This document shows positions 8,993 through 17,410 of a stretch of 24,000 bases of DNA, piece after piece. Source of the stretch: Lactobacillus sp. ESL0701 (GTDB taxonomy: Bacteria; Bacillota; Bacilli; Lactobacillales; Lactobacillaceae); the NCBI RefSeq assembly GCF_029433445.1, contig NZ_JAQTIC010000009.1:41202-65201 (forward strand), written 5' to 3'. The notes under the pieces were generated by a model that was given only the letters and a program-made list of their open reading frames with translations, had not been told where the DNA came from and made no database searches. The translations under genes and the position numbers were made by a program. Numbering within the stretch: the first letter of the stretch is position 1; each line of letters starts with the position of its first letter.

Positions 8993-10819
8993 ATGTCAAA
9001 GATTGATGAATTGCTAAAAGATGAACATGTTGAATGGAAAAAATTGGGAAGTGTTCTAAATTATGAACAACCAACTAAGTATATTGTTAGTTCTACCAAC
9101 TATGACTCAAGTTATAAAATACCAGTCTTAACTGCAGGTCAAACTTTTATATTAGGATATACAAATGATAAAGACGGAATATATATTGCTTCAAAAGATG
9201 AACCGGTAATTATTTTTGATGACTTTACAACTTCTAGTCATTGGGTTGACTTTGACTTTAAGGTCAAATCGTCTGCAATGAAATTACTTAGACCTAAAAA
9301 TAATGAGATAAATTTGAGATATTGCTATCATTATATAAAAACAATAAGTATAGATATAGCGGAACATAAGCGAATGTGGATTTCCAAATTTTCACAAATA
9401 AAGATACCAGTTCCTTCTCTTGAAGTTCAACAAAAAATAGTAGAAATACTTGACAAATTCACAGATTATGTTACTGAATTACAGTCTGAATTACAGTCTG
9501 AATTACAGTCTAGACAACAACAATATTCTTATTATAGAGACAAATTATTATCTGAGGAATATTTGACTAAACTCTCTGAAAAGCTTGATAAACTAGGGGG
9601 GAAGAAGCAAGAAGTTAATTGGGTTCTTCTTTCTGACGTTGCAAAAATAAAAAATGGAAAAGATTGGAAATCTCTTGGCAAAGGTAAAGTTCCAGTTTAT
9701 GGCAGTGGTGGAAAAATGAATATTTCGGTTAATAAATCTGCATATTCTAAACCAACTGTATTAATTCCACGAAAAGGTTCAATAGATAATGCTTTTTACC
9801 TTGATGAACCTTTTTGGAATGTTGATACTATTTTTTATACTGAAATTGATGAAACTAGAATTATACCAAAGTATTTTTTCTATTTTGTTCAGAGCTTTGA
9901 TGTATCTCGATTGAGTACTAATCCTACTAGACCTAGTTTAACGCAAACAGATTTAAATAAAATACAGATACCAATACCACCTCTATTGATTCAAAATCAG
10001 GTTGTTTCGGTACTAGATAGATTTCAAGATTTGTTGAATAATACAGAAGGATTATTACCAGAAGAAATAGACCAAAGGCAAAAGCAATACGAATATTATC
10101 GTGATCAGCTCTTGACATTTGACTTTAATATGATAAGAACGAACGAACGAACGAACGAACGAACGATAACTAATTACTTCTTTGATATTTTAAATGCTGC
10201 CGCTAAAGCAGTTGGAATAAGACTAACTGGTGGCGTGGAATGGAAAACATTAGGAGAAATCACTGAAAGAGTTTCAACAGTTAAGTTTGAAAATGACACT
10301 AAATCATATTTTTATATTGACTTATCTTCTGTTGATAGACAAAACCATGTAGTAGTAACTGCTTCTTTAGTTAATAGACTAACAGCTCCAAGTAGGGCAA
10401 AACAGTTGATTAAGGAACATGATATTCTATTTGGTGGAACTCGCCCAATGTTAAAAAGATTTGCATATGTTAATAAAAAATTTGATGGTCAGATTGCAAG
10501 TACAGGATATACAGTACTAAGATGTAATAATTCAAATGTTATTTCTAAATTTATTTATTATCAAATTCAAACAAATAAATTCTTTAATTATATTAAAAAT
10601 ATTCAGAAAGGAACAAGTTATCCATCAGTAACAGATAATCAAGTGAAAAAATATAAAGTGCTAATTCCGACATATACAATTCAAGCCGAAATAGTAAAAG
10701 CATTAGATAGATTTAATACTCTAGTTAATAATATATCTGAAGGCTTACCTAAAGAAATTGAATTGAGACAAAAGCAGTATGAATATTATCGGGAACAATT
10801 ATTTGATTTTAAGAAGTAA
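8993..10819 (+). CDS. hsdS: Type I R-M specificity subunit HsdS, atypical 608-aa form with three TRDs and three conserved helices
   Basis: TRD1 is about 9029-9412 (EWKKLG...[14 protein letters not shown]...[11 protein letters not shown]). CR1 is 9413-9553. TRD2 is about 9608-9967. CR2 is 9968-10126 ([26 protein letters not shown]). A linker carrying (GAAC)7 follows. TRD3 is about 10235-10663 (VEWKTLGEI...APSRA...STGYTVLR). CR3 is 10664-10816 ([26 protein letters not shown]). The ATG at 8993 follows AAGGTGAGG. The track's 8984 start is a GTG. Confidence 0.9.
   Translation: MSKIDELLKDEHVEWKKLGSVLNYEQPTKYIVSSTNYDSSYKIPVLTAGQTFILGYTNDKDGIYIASKDEPVIIFDDFTTSSHWVDFDFKVKSSAMKLLRPKNNEINLRYCYHYIKTISIDIAEHKRMWISKFSQIKIPVPSLEVQQKIVEILDKFTDYVTELQSELQSELQSRQQQYSYYRDKLLSEEYLTKLSEKLDKLGGKKQEVNWVLLSDVAKIKNGKDWKSLGKGKVPVYGSGGKMNISVNKSAYSKPTVLIPRKGSIDNAFYLDEPFWNVDTIFYTEIDETRIIPKYFFYFVQSFDVSRLSTNPTRPSLTQTDLNKIQIPIPPLLIQNQVVSVLDRFQDLLNNTEGLLPEEIDQRQKQYEYYRDQLLTFDFNMIRTNERTNERTITNYFFDILNAAAKAVGIRLTGGVEWKTLGEITERVSTVKFENDTKSYFYIDLSSVDRQNHVVVTASLVNRLTAPSRAKQLIKEHDILFGGTRPMLKRFAYVNKKFDGQIASTGYTVLRCNNSNVISKFIYYQIQTNKFFNYIKNIQKGTSYPSVTDNQVKKYKVLIPTYTIQAEIVKALDRFNTLVNNISEGLPKEIELRQKQYEYYREQLFDFKK
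9474..9511 (+). repeat. Perfect 12-bp tandem repeat (ctgaattacagt) x3 plus 2 nt, in frame, inside the hsdS central conserved region
   Basis: Units lie at 9474-9485, 9486-9497 and 9498-9509. They encode [13 protein letters not shown], just upstream of the RQQQYSYYR helix. Confidence 0.95.
10137..10166 (+). repeat. Tetranucleotide simple-sequence repeat (GAAC)7 plus GA inside hsdS
   Basis: Seven perfect GAAC units span 10137-10164 and encode [10 protein letters not shown]. The flank gaTAAcTAAtt carries a TAA in each of the two alternative frames. Confidence 0.97.
10167..10819 (+). other. Distal half-hsdS module (TRD3 plus C-terminal-type conserved helix), currently fused in frame to hsdS
   Basis: It has the architecture of a single-TRD HsdS half. 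No ATG lies between the SSR and TRD3; the first in-frame ATG is at 10448, inside the TRD. The only nearby start is the GTG at 10235, which abuts GGTGG with no spacing. Translation therefore appears to depend on read-in from upstream. Confidence 0.6.
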
Positions 10820-10837
10820 TAAATTAAGGGAGATGCA

Positions 10838-11977
10838 ATGAAGGATAAAGAGTTTGCTTCGCTAAATGACGTAGCAAAAGATCTCAAAAAAAGTAATAAG
10901 AAAGTTACATTATTGTATGCGTTTAATGCAACGGGCAAGACAAGACTTTCTATGAAATTTAAAGATCTTGTAAATGAGACTGATGATAGTGGAGAAGAAG
11001 TTAAGCATATTATTTATTTCAATGCATTCACCGAAGATTTATTTTATTGGGATAATGATTTAGAAAATAATTTAGAACGTATTTTAAAAATAAATACTTC
11101 TTCAGCTTTTATTACATTGATTAAAAATCAAGGCATGGAGAATAGAATAGCAGAAAAATTTCGTGAATTTGCTTCCTCAAAGATTGAGCCACAAATAAAT
11201 GTTGAGACTGGTGAAATTACTTTTAGTATTCCAACTGGTGATAATGAAGCGGTTGATAATATTAAAATTTCAAAAGGTGAAGAAAGCATCTTTATTTGGT
11301 CAGTTTTTTATGTTTTGTTAGAAACCATTATTTCTGAATTAAATGAAGATAAAGAAGATCGTAGCACTAATGAATTTAATCAAATTCATTATATTTTTAT
11401 TGATGATCCAATTTCATCTTTAGATGATAATAATGCAATTGATACAGCGATTGACCTAAAAGAATTAATTGTAGGTTCCAGAAATGAAGATTTGCACTTT
11501 ATTATTTCCACCCATCATGCTCTATTTTATAATGTTTTGTTTAATGAACTTAGGCGTGATCGAAATATTAAAGATAATAAAGTTTCTTTCTTTTCTCTGC
11601 AGAAAAAAGAAAATGAAATTGGTTATGTTTTAAATAGTCAAAATGATTCACCTTTTGGTTATCATTTGATTGTAAAAGAAGAAATAGAAAATGCAATTAA
11701 AGAAAACCGAATTAAAAAATATCATTTTTTGTTGTTTAGAAATCTTTTAGAAAAAACTGCTACTTATTTAGGTTACAAAAATTGGAGTGAGCTTATAATT
11801 GGCGATGATATTTCAGAAGATAATAGGAATGGATACGTTCGTAGAATTAACTTATACAGTCATAGTAAACAGGCAGACCTTGAATATAAAGAATTGCGGC
11901 CTGAAGAAAAAAATATGTTAAAACTACTCTTTAATAATTTTATTAAAGAGTTTAAGTGGGAGGTAAAAAATGACTGA
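10838..11977 (+). CDS. prrC: PrrC-like anticodon nuclease (ABC/AAA_13-type NTPase domain plus C-terminal RNase domain)
   Basis: It lies between hsdS and hsdR, the prr-locus position. Walker A is AFNATGKT (aa 28-35), an ABC-signature-like motif is ISKGEES (aa 144-150), Walker B is YIFIDDPISSLDD (aa 185-197) and the H-loop is STHH (aa 224-227). C-terminal R301-x3-E305 (FRNLLEKT) and H342 (NLYSHS) match the spacing of the PrrC Arg-Glu-His triad (R320/E324/H356 in E. coli). Length is 379 aa versus about 396 aa for E. coli PrrC. RBS AGGGAG at 10826-10831. Confidence 0.75.
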   Translation: MKDKEFASLNDVAKDLKKSNKKVTLLYAFNATGKTRLSMKFKDLVNETDDSGEEVKHIIYFNAFTEDLFYWDNDLENNLERILKINTSSAFITLIKNQGMENRIAEKFREFASSKIEPQINVETGEITFSIPTGDNEAVDNIKISKGEESIFIWSVFYVLLETIISELNEDKEDRSTNEFNQIHYIFIDDPISSLDDNNAIDTAIDLKELIVGSRNEDLHFIISTHHALFYNVLFNELRRDRNIKDNKVSFFSLQKKENEIGYVLNSQNDSPFGYHLIVKEEIENAIKENRIKKYHFLLFRNLLEKTATYLGYKNWSELIIGDDISEDNRNGYVRRINLYSHSKQADLEYKELRPEEKNMLKLLFNNFIKEFKWEVKND

Positions 11978-14900
11978 ATCACATTTGAAATATAAAGTGA
12001 AGGTACCAGTTGCAGAATTACCTAACCAAATTATTCTCGCTGAATTTAAACCTAGGGAGCATGTACAAAAGAGTTATCAAACAGAAGCTGAATTAGAAGA
12101 AAATTTGCTTATTAGATTACAAGCTCAAGGCTATGAATTCTTATCTGCAAGTTCTTCTGCGGATTTATATGTTAATTTGAAAAAGCAAATTGAAAAGCTA
12201 AATAAAGTTGAATTTACGTCAAAAGAATGGCAACGCTTTTTGAATGAATATCTTGATAAGCCCAATGACGGAATGATTGAGAAAACACGTAAAGTCCAGA
12301 TTGATAGCGTCAAAGATTTTATTTTTGATGATGGTCATTTGAAAAATATCAAAATAATTGATAAAAAGTGTCTTAGTAACAATTATGTACAAGTAGTTCA
12401 TCAGATTAGCCAAACTGGGACGCATCATAATCGTTATGATGTAACTATTTTAGTTAACGGGCTTCCCTTAGTGCATATTGAGCTAAAAAAGCGTGGCGTC
12501 AACCTTCACGAAGCATTTAATCAAATTCATAGATACAGTAAAGAAAGTTTCAATTCAGATAATTCTTTATATAAATATGTTCAGCTTTTTGTCATTTCTA
12601 ACGGAACATACACAAGATATTTTGCCAATACTACCGCACAGGATAAAAATCATTATGAATTTACATGTGAATGGGCGGATGTTAAAAATCGACCAATTAG
12701 AGATTTAGAAGATTTTACAGCTACTTTTTTTGATAAGACTACTTTATTGGAAATAATTACAAAATATTGCGTTTTTAATTCTGATAACAAACTTTTGGTT
12801 ATGAGACCATATCAAATTGCAGCAACTGAACGAATTTTGTGGAAAATTCGTTCGAGTTATTTATCAGGAAAAGCTGGAACAATTGATGCAGGTGGGTATA
12901 TTTGGCATACTACGGGTTCTGGTAAAACCCTAACTTCTTTTAAAGTTGCTAGGTTGGTTACTCAATTAGATTACATTGCTAAAGTGTTTTTTGTTGTAGA
13001 TAGAAAAGATTTAGACTATCAAACAATGAAAGAATATCAAAGTTTTGAAAAAGACAGCGTTAATGGTAGCAAAAATACTAAAGCATTGAAGCAAAATATT
13101 GAAAAAGAAGATAATAAAATTGTTGTTACGACAATTCAAAAACTAAATGAGTTTGTAAAAAAGAATCCTAATCATGAAATATATCAGAAGCATTGCGTTT
13201 TAATTTATGATGAATGTCATCGTTCACAATTTGGTGAGGCGCAAAAAAATATTAGGAAACATTTTAAATATTATTATCAATTTGGTTTTACAGGAACACC
13301 GATTTTCCCTGAAAATGCTGCTGGTGCAGAAACTACAGGTAGCATTTTTGGAGCACAGTTGCATAGTTATATTATTACTGATGCAATTCGCGATAAAAAA
13401 GTATTAAAATTTATGGTTGACTACAATGATAGTAGGCCAATTTTTAAATCTGCAGAAATTGAACAAGATGAAAATGAGTTAGCTAAAATAAAAACTAAAA
13501 AGTTATTACTGCATCCTGATAGAATTCATGAAATTACTAAATATATTCTCAAAAATTACGATCTCAAAACACACAGAAATGAGCAATATGATATTAAGAG
13601 TAAACGCTTGAATGGTTTTACTGCTATGTTTGCTGTACAGAATATTGAAGCTGCAAGGTTATATTATGAAGAATTTAAAAAGCAGCAAAAGAATATACCT
13701 GAAGATAAGCGATTGAGAATAGCTACTATTTTTAGTTTTGCAGCTAATGGTGAGCAAGATGCAGTTGGTAGTATTGCCGATGAAAATTTTGATCCTAGTA
13801 AACTAAATTATAGTGATAAGGAATTTTTGGATGAAGCGATTAAGGATTACAATAATTTCTTTACTCCTAAAAAAAATTACTCAACTGATGGCAAGTTATT
13901 TCAGAATTATTATCAAGATTTATCCAAGGAAGTAAAAAATAGAGAAATAGATTTGTTGATTGTAGTTGGTATGTTTTTGACTGGATTTGATGCACCAACT
14001 TTGAATACTCTATTTGTTGACAAAAATCTTAGATATCATGGATTAATTCAAGCTTTTTCTAGAACTAACCGGATTTTAAATAAAGTTAAAACTTTTGGTA
14101 ACATTGTTTGTTTTCGTGATTTACAAAAACCAACTGAAGATGCAATTAAGATTTTTGGTGATAGTAATAGTGTTAATGTGATTCTTGAGAGAAGTTATCA
14201 AGATTATTTAAATGGTTTTGTTGAAGAAGAAACTGGGAAAGTTGTTAAAGGATATAAAGACCTATGTAATGAAATGATTGACAAGTTTCCTGAACCAACA
14301 AAAATTGAAACAGATTCTGATAAAAAGGAATTCGTCCAATTGTTTGGGGAAATTTTGAAATCTGATAATATTTTAAAAAATTATGATTCATATCAAGATT
14401 TTGATCAAATTATTTCTGATAGACAATTACAGGATATGAAGAGTACATACGCGGATATTCGCGAAGAGGTTTTGGAAGAGAAGCACAATAAAGCTGCTAG
14501 TGATACATCTTCAAAAATTGATTATTCTGATATTGAATTTCAAGTTGATTTATTGAAGACAGATGAAATTAATCTTGATTACATTTTAAAATTAATTTTT
14601 GAAAAGTCTAAAAAGAACAAAGATATTGGTTCGTTAAAAGTTGAGGTAAAGCGAATTATCCGGTCAAGTCTAGGTATTCGTGCTAAGGAGGATTTGATTT
14701 TGGGTTTTATCAATCATACTGATTTATCCAAATTTGAAAATTCTTCTGAAATTCTTGATTCATTTTATTCTTTTGCTAAAAAACAAAGAAAAGAAAATGT
14801 ACAAAAACTGATACAAGATGAACATTTAAAGGAAGGTGCGAATAACTTTATTGGAGATTCCATTGACAAGGGTTATGTTAATTATAATGGCTCTGAACTT

Positions 14901-15008
14901 GATAATATTTTACCTCCAGTTTCACGTAGACATGGTGCTCGTGAAGCAAAAAAACAGAGTATTTTAAGGAAAATACAAAAAATAGTAGAGGTCTTTTCAG
15001 AAACATAA
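11970..15008 (+). CDS. hsdR: Type I restriction enzyme, endonuclease/translocase subunit HsdR
   Basis: The PD-(D/E)xK nuclease core is YDVTILVNGLPLVHIELKK. SF2 helicase motifs are I (HTTGSGKT), II (YDECHRSQ), III (GFTGTP) and VI (QAFSRTNR). At 1012 aa it is in the size range of EcoR124I-type HsdR. The ATG at 11970 follows GGGAGG and overlaps the prrC end by 8 nt. Confidence 0.93.
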   Translation: MTESHLKYKVKVPVAELPNQIILAEFKPREHVQKSYQTEAELEENLLIRLQAQGYEFLSASSSADLYVNLKKQIEKLNKVEFTSKEWQRFLNEYLDKPNDGMIEKTRKVQIDSVKDFIFDDGHLKNIKIIDKKCLSNNYVQVVHQISQTGTHHNRYDVTILVNGLPLVHIELKKRGVNLHEAFNQIHRYSKESFNSDNSLYKYVQLFVISNGTYTRYFANTTAQDKNHYEFTCEWADVKNRPIRDLEDFTATFFDKTTLLEIITKYCVFNSDNKLLVMRPYQIAATERILWKIRSSYLSGKAGTIDAGGYIWHTTGSGKTLTSFKVARLVTQLDYIAKVFFVVDRKDLDYQTMKEYQSFEKDSVNGSKNTKALKQNIEKEDNKIVVTTIQKLNEFVKKNPNHEIYQKHCVLIYDECHRSQFGEAQKNIRKHFKYYYQFGFTGTPIFPENAAGAETTGSIFGAQLHSYIITDAIRDKKVLKFMVDYNDSRPIFKSAEIEQDENELAKIKTKKLLLHPDRIHEITKYILKNYDLKTHRNEQYDIKSKRLNGFTAMFAVQNIEAARLYYEEFKKQQKNIPEDKRLRIATIFSFAANGEQDAVGSIADENFDPSKLNYSDKEFLDEAIKDYNNFFTPKKNYSTDGKLFQNYYQDLSKEVKNREIDLLIVVGMFLTGFDAPTLNTLFVDKNLRYHGLIQAFSRTNRILNKVKTFGNIVCFRDLQKPTEDAIKIFGDSNSVNVILERSYQDYLNGFVEEETGKVVKGYKDLCNEMIDKFPEPTKIETDSDKKEFVQLFGEILKSDNILKNYDSYQDFDQIISDRQLQDMKSTYADIREEVLEEKHNKAASDTSSKIDYSDIEFQVDLLKTDEINLDYILKLIFEKSKKNKDIGSLKVEVKRIIRSSLGIRAKEDLILGFINHTDLSKFENSSEILDSFYSFAKKQRKENVQKLIQDEHLKEGANNFIGDSIDKGYVNYNGSELDNILPPVSRRHGAREAKKQSILRKIQKIVEVFSET

Positions 15009-15032
15009 TATAAGTTTTCTATTAAAAAGTTC

Positions 15033-15060
15033 TTGCATTTAAATGTCGTTTGCGTATAAT
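15033..15060 (+). promoter_or_regulatory. Sigma-A promoter of the thrS leader
   Basis: -35 TTGCAT (15033-15038), a 16-nt spacer, then -10 TATAAT (15055-15060). Confidence 0.7.
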
Positions 15061-15066
15061 TAAGTG

Positions 15067-15279
15067 CAACGAATGAACATGATGTTACTCAACTCAGAGA
15101 GAAGGACGTTTTTCTGGAAGTCTTTCATGAGCAAGACCCCACTCATTCTACTAATAAAGGTTTTAACAAAGGCTGGATTCCATTATCAATCTTAAGAGAG
15201 GGTTAGAGGTACTCTAATCTATTTGGGTGGAACCGCGTTAATATACGTCCCAGTGCTTAATTGCACTGGGGCTTTTTTT
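15067..15279 (+). promoter_or_regulatory. T-box riboswitch leader (threonine-specific) with intrinsic terminator
   Basis: Stem I helices are GAATGA (15071-15076) with TCATTC (15143-15148), and CATGA (15078-15082) with TCATG (15125-15129). They enclose an internal loop containing ACC (15136-15138). An AGAGAG box lies at 15096-15101 and a distal TGGAA at 15115-15119. The T-box sequence atttGGGTGGAACCGCG lies at 15221-15237. The terminator is cccagtgc/gcactggg (15249-15270) plus T7. Confidence 0.85.
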
Positions 15280-15295
15280 GTTTATGGAGGTAAAC

Positions 15296-17227
15296 ATGAG
15301 TTTTTCAATTACTTTGCCTGATGGGTCAAAACGTGACTATGACCAAGCTATTTCAATTGCCGATTTGGCACATGATATTTCGACCTCACTTGGTAAGGCT
15401 GCCTTGGCTGGAAAAGTTAACGGCGAATTAAAGCCAGTTGATTACGAATTAAATGATGATGCAGAAGTAGCAATCATTACTGATAAAGATGAAGACGGTT
15501 TGAACGTTTTACGTGCAACTGTTGCCTTTGTTTTTGAAGCAGTAGCTAAGAAGGCTTATCCAGAATTGCGGTTGGGTGAACACGCTGCTGATCGTGATGG
15601 CTTTTTCGTTGATACTGATAAAGAAAACCAAATCAAAATTGGTGAATTGCCACAATTAGAAAAGGCTATCCAAAAGGCAGTCAAGAGTGGTGCCAAGATT
15701 GAACAAGTAGAGATGTCCAAGAGCGAATTAGAAAACATTTTTAAAGATGACAAGTTCAAGCTTGAATTGTTAAAGGCTGAAGGCGACACCGTTGAAGCAT
15801 ATAAGTTAGGTGACTTCGTTGACTTAGGTTTTAGTGCACTTTTGCCAAATACCGGTAAAATTAAGCAATTTAAGTTGCTCAGTGTTGCTGGTGCTTATTG
15901 GCAAGGTCAATCTTCTAATCCAATGCTGCAACGGATTTCTGGAACTGCCTTTTTCAAGAAGGCTGATCTTGATGCTGATATTAAGCGTCGCGAAGAAATT
16001 AAGGAACGCGATCACCGGACAATCGGTCGTGACCTTGACTTATTCTTCGTTGACCCGAAGGTTGGTGCAGGTCTTCCTTACTGGATGCCAAAGGGTGCCA
16101 CTATTCGCCGCGTGATTGAACGCTACATCATTGATAAAGAAGTTGCTCGTGGTTACCAACACGTTTACACACCAGTATTGATGAACTTGGATGCTTATAA
16201 GACTTCTGGTCACTGGGCACACTACCGTGATGACATGTTCCCACCAATGGACATGGGTGATGGTGAAATGCTTGAATTAAGACCAATGAATTGTCCATCA
16301 CATATTCAAATTTACAAGCACCATATTCGTTCATACCGTGAATTACCAGTACGGATTGCCGAACTGGGGATGATGCACAGATATGAAAAGTCAGGTGCTT
16401 TGTCAGGTTTGCAACGAGTTCGGGAAATGACTTTGAATGATGGTCACACCTTCGTTACTTTGGACCAAGTCAAAGATGAATTTGCGAGAACTTTGCAATT
16501 AATCATGGATGTTTACAAGGACTTTGACATTACTGACTACTACTTCCGTTTGTCATACCGTGATCCAAAGAATACTGAAAAGTACTTTGCTAATGATGAC
16601 ATGTGGGAAAGAAGTCAATCAATGCTTAAAGGTGCTATGGATGACATGGGTCTTGACTATGTTGAAGCAGAAGGCGAAGCAGCATTCTATGGTCCTAAGC
16701 TTGATATTCAAACTAAGACAGCTTTGGGCAGCGATGAAACCATGTCGACCATTCAACTTGACTTCATGTTGCCAGAACAATTTGATTTAACTTACATTGG
16801 TCAAGATGGCGAAGAACATCGTCCAGTTATGATTCACCGCGGAATTGTTGGTACGATGGAACGGTTCATTGCTTATCTAATTGAAATTTACAAGGGTGCT
16901 TTCCCAACTTGGCTGGCTCCAGTTCAAGTAGAAATTATCCCAGTTAACCTTGATGCTCATGGCGATTATGCTAAGAAGGTTCGCGACGAATTAAATAAGC
17001 GTGGTTTCAGAGCAGAAGTTGATTTCAGAAATGAAAAATTAGGTTACAAGATTCGTGAAGCTCAAACCCAAAAAGTTCCTTACACGCTTGTTTTGGGTGA
17101 TAAGGAAATGGCAGATAATGGTGTCAACGTTCGTCCTTACGGTACTGACAAAGAAATTGCTAAGAGCTTAGACGAATTCATTAAAGAAATTGAGGCTGAT
17201 GTTAAGTCATATTCACGCGAAAAATAA
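15296..17227 (+). CDS. thrS: Threonine--tRNA ligase
   Basis: The ATG at 15296 follows GGAGG (15286-15290). The protein has a TGS domain N-terminus, class II core motifs ([30 protein letters not shown]) and a C-terminal anticodon-binding domain. The track start at 15278 lies inside the terminator T-run. Confidence 0.95.
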   Translation: MSFSITLPDGSKRDYDQAISIADLAHDISTSLGKAALAGKVNGELKPVDYELNDDAEVAIITDKDEDGLNVLRATVAFVFEAVAKKAYPELRLGEHAADRDGFFVDTDKENQIKIGELPQLEKAIQKAVKSGAKIEQVEMSKSELENIFKDDKFKLELLKAEGDTVEAYKLGDFVDLGFSALLPNTGKIKQFKLLSVAGAYWQGQSSNPMLQRISGTAFFKKADLDADIKRREEIKERDHRTIGRDLDLFFVDPKVGAGLPYWMPKGATIRRVIERYIIDKEVARGYQHVYTPVLMNLDAYKTSGHWAHYRDDMFPPMDMGDGEMLELRPMNCPSHIQIYKHHIRSYRELPVRIAELGMMHRYEKSGALSGLQRVREMTLNDGHTFVTLDQVKDEFARTLQLIMDVYKDFDITDYYFRLSYRDPKNTEKYFANDDMWERSQSMLKGAMDDMGLDYVEAEGEAAFYGPKLDIQTKTALGSDETMSTIQLDFMLPEQFDLTYIGQDGEEHRPVMIHRGIVGTMERFIAYLIEIYKGAFPTWLAPVQVEIIPVNLDAHGDYAKKVRDELNKRGFRAEVDFRNEKLGYKIREAQTQKVPYTLVLGDKEMADNGVNVRPYGTDKEIAKSLDEFIKEIEADVKSYSREK

Positions 17228-17410
17228 CCAAGAATAAGTAAGAATTAGAAAACATATTATTAATTTCGGCACTTTTAAATTTAAAAAATCTGTTGGTATT
17301 GTCTGTCGAGTTACAAATGTAGTGTAGACGATTGGCCTTACTGGATTTTAGCTAGCTGAGTGTTCAATTTGATACTTAAATTTTCTACTAATATTAATGA
17401 GGAGAAATTT

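Noticed and set aside
9474-10166. Short tandem repeats, considered as a CRISPR array
   Set aside because: The units are 12 nt and 4 nt, they are contiguous with no spacers, and they lie inside a coding frame. No cas genes are present.
9968-10816. Direct repeat between the CR2- and CR3-coding DNA, considered as a recombination substrate or hsdS shufflon
   Set aside because: The identity is only short patches (tagatagattt; caaaagca; gaatattatcg, each 11 nt or less). The repeats are direct rather than inverted, and no recombinase gene is present. This is not a Mycoplasma- or Streptococcus-type invertible hsdS system. The similarity simply reflects conserved protein helices.
17228-17410. A thrS terminator or transporter promoter in the 183-nt thrS-ABC intergenic region (for example the AT palindrome ttttaaatttaaaa around 17274-17287)
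   Set aside because: There is no GC-containing stem followed by a T-run. The palindrome is AT-only and too weak to call, and the -35/-10 matches are poor.
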